DNA of 13,533 nucleotides from Verrucomicrobiota bacterium (GTDB lineage Bacteria > Verrucomicrobiota > Verrucomicrobiia > Verrucomicrobiales > DEV007): the NCBI GenBank assembly GCA_045046875.1, contig JASFYY010000023.1, positions 1-13,533 on the forward strand, given 5' to 3'. Both the position numbers and the translations under genes were made by a program. Below the pieces are notes generated by a model. It saw nothing but the letters and a program-made list of their open reading frames with translations, did no database searches and was not told the origin of the DNA. Below, in pieces: positions 13,475-13,533 of this stretch (positions within the stretch are counted from its first letter, which is position 1; the number at the start of each line of letters is the position of its first letter).

Positions 13475-13533
13475 ATGAAACTTATCCACTCCCTCGGAAT
13501 TGTATGGCTCAGTGCGAGCATTGTTTTTACCGC
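13475..13533 (+). CDS. N-terminus of a probable secreted protein (3'-truncated by the window edge)
   Basis: atg aaa ctt atc... reads MKLIHSLGIVWLSASIVFT(A), open to the window end and resembling a Sec signal peptide. A promoter-like motif lies directly upstream. Absent from the ORF track because it is short. Confidence 0.55.
   Translation, partial: MKLIHSLGIVWLSASIVFT

Overview
13.5-kb bacterial window with every credible gene on the + strand. Gene content (a PVC-type CxxCH dehydrogenase-like protein, a secreted sulfatase) suggests Verrucomicrobiota or Planctomycetota; this is an inference. The left ~4.5 kb is a tight cluster: a 5'-truncated PEP-hydrolase-like TIM-barrel protein, a Tm-1-like/UPF0261 ATP-binding protein (together the two halves of plant Tm-1), a Dabb alpha/beta-barrel protein, an FMN alpha-hydroxy-acid oxidase and an AraC regulator. 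It looks like an uncharacterised catabolic pathway. The middle (4.6-10.2 kb) encodes a secreted ~1265-aa fusion (DUF1080 3-keto-glycoside hydrolase-like domain, polybasic linker, beta-propeller, HEAT-like repeats, cytochrome c), followed 13 nt later by a secreted formylglycine-type sulfatase. The apparently more AT-rich right part holds separately spaced genes: a small membrane protein, an orphan lipoprotein LptA/OstA, a ChaP-like VOC protein, a MATE transporter and the start of a secreted protein. No rRNA, tRNA, CRISPR array or transposase was seen. All family calls come from motif recognition, not database searches.
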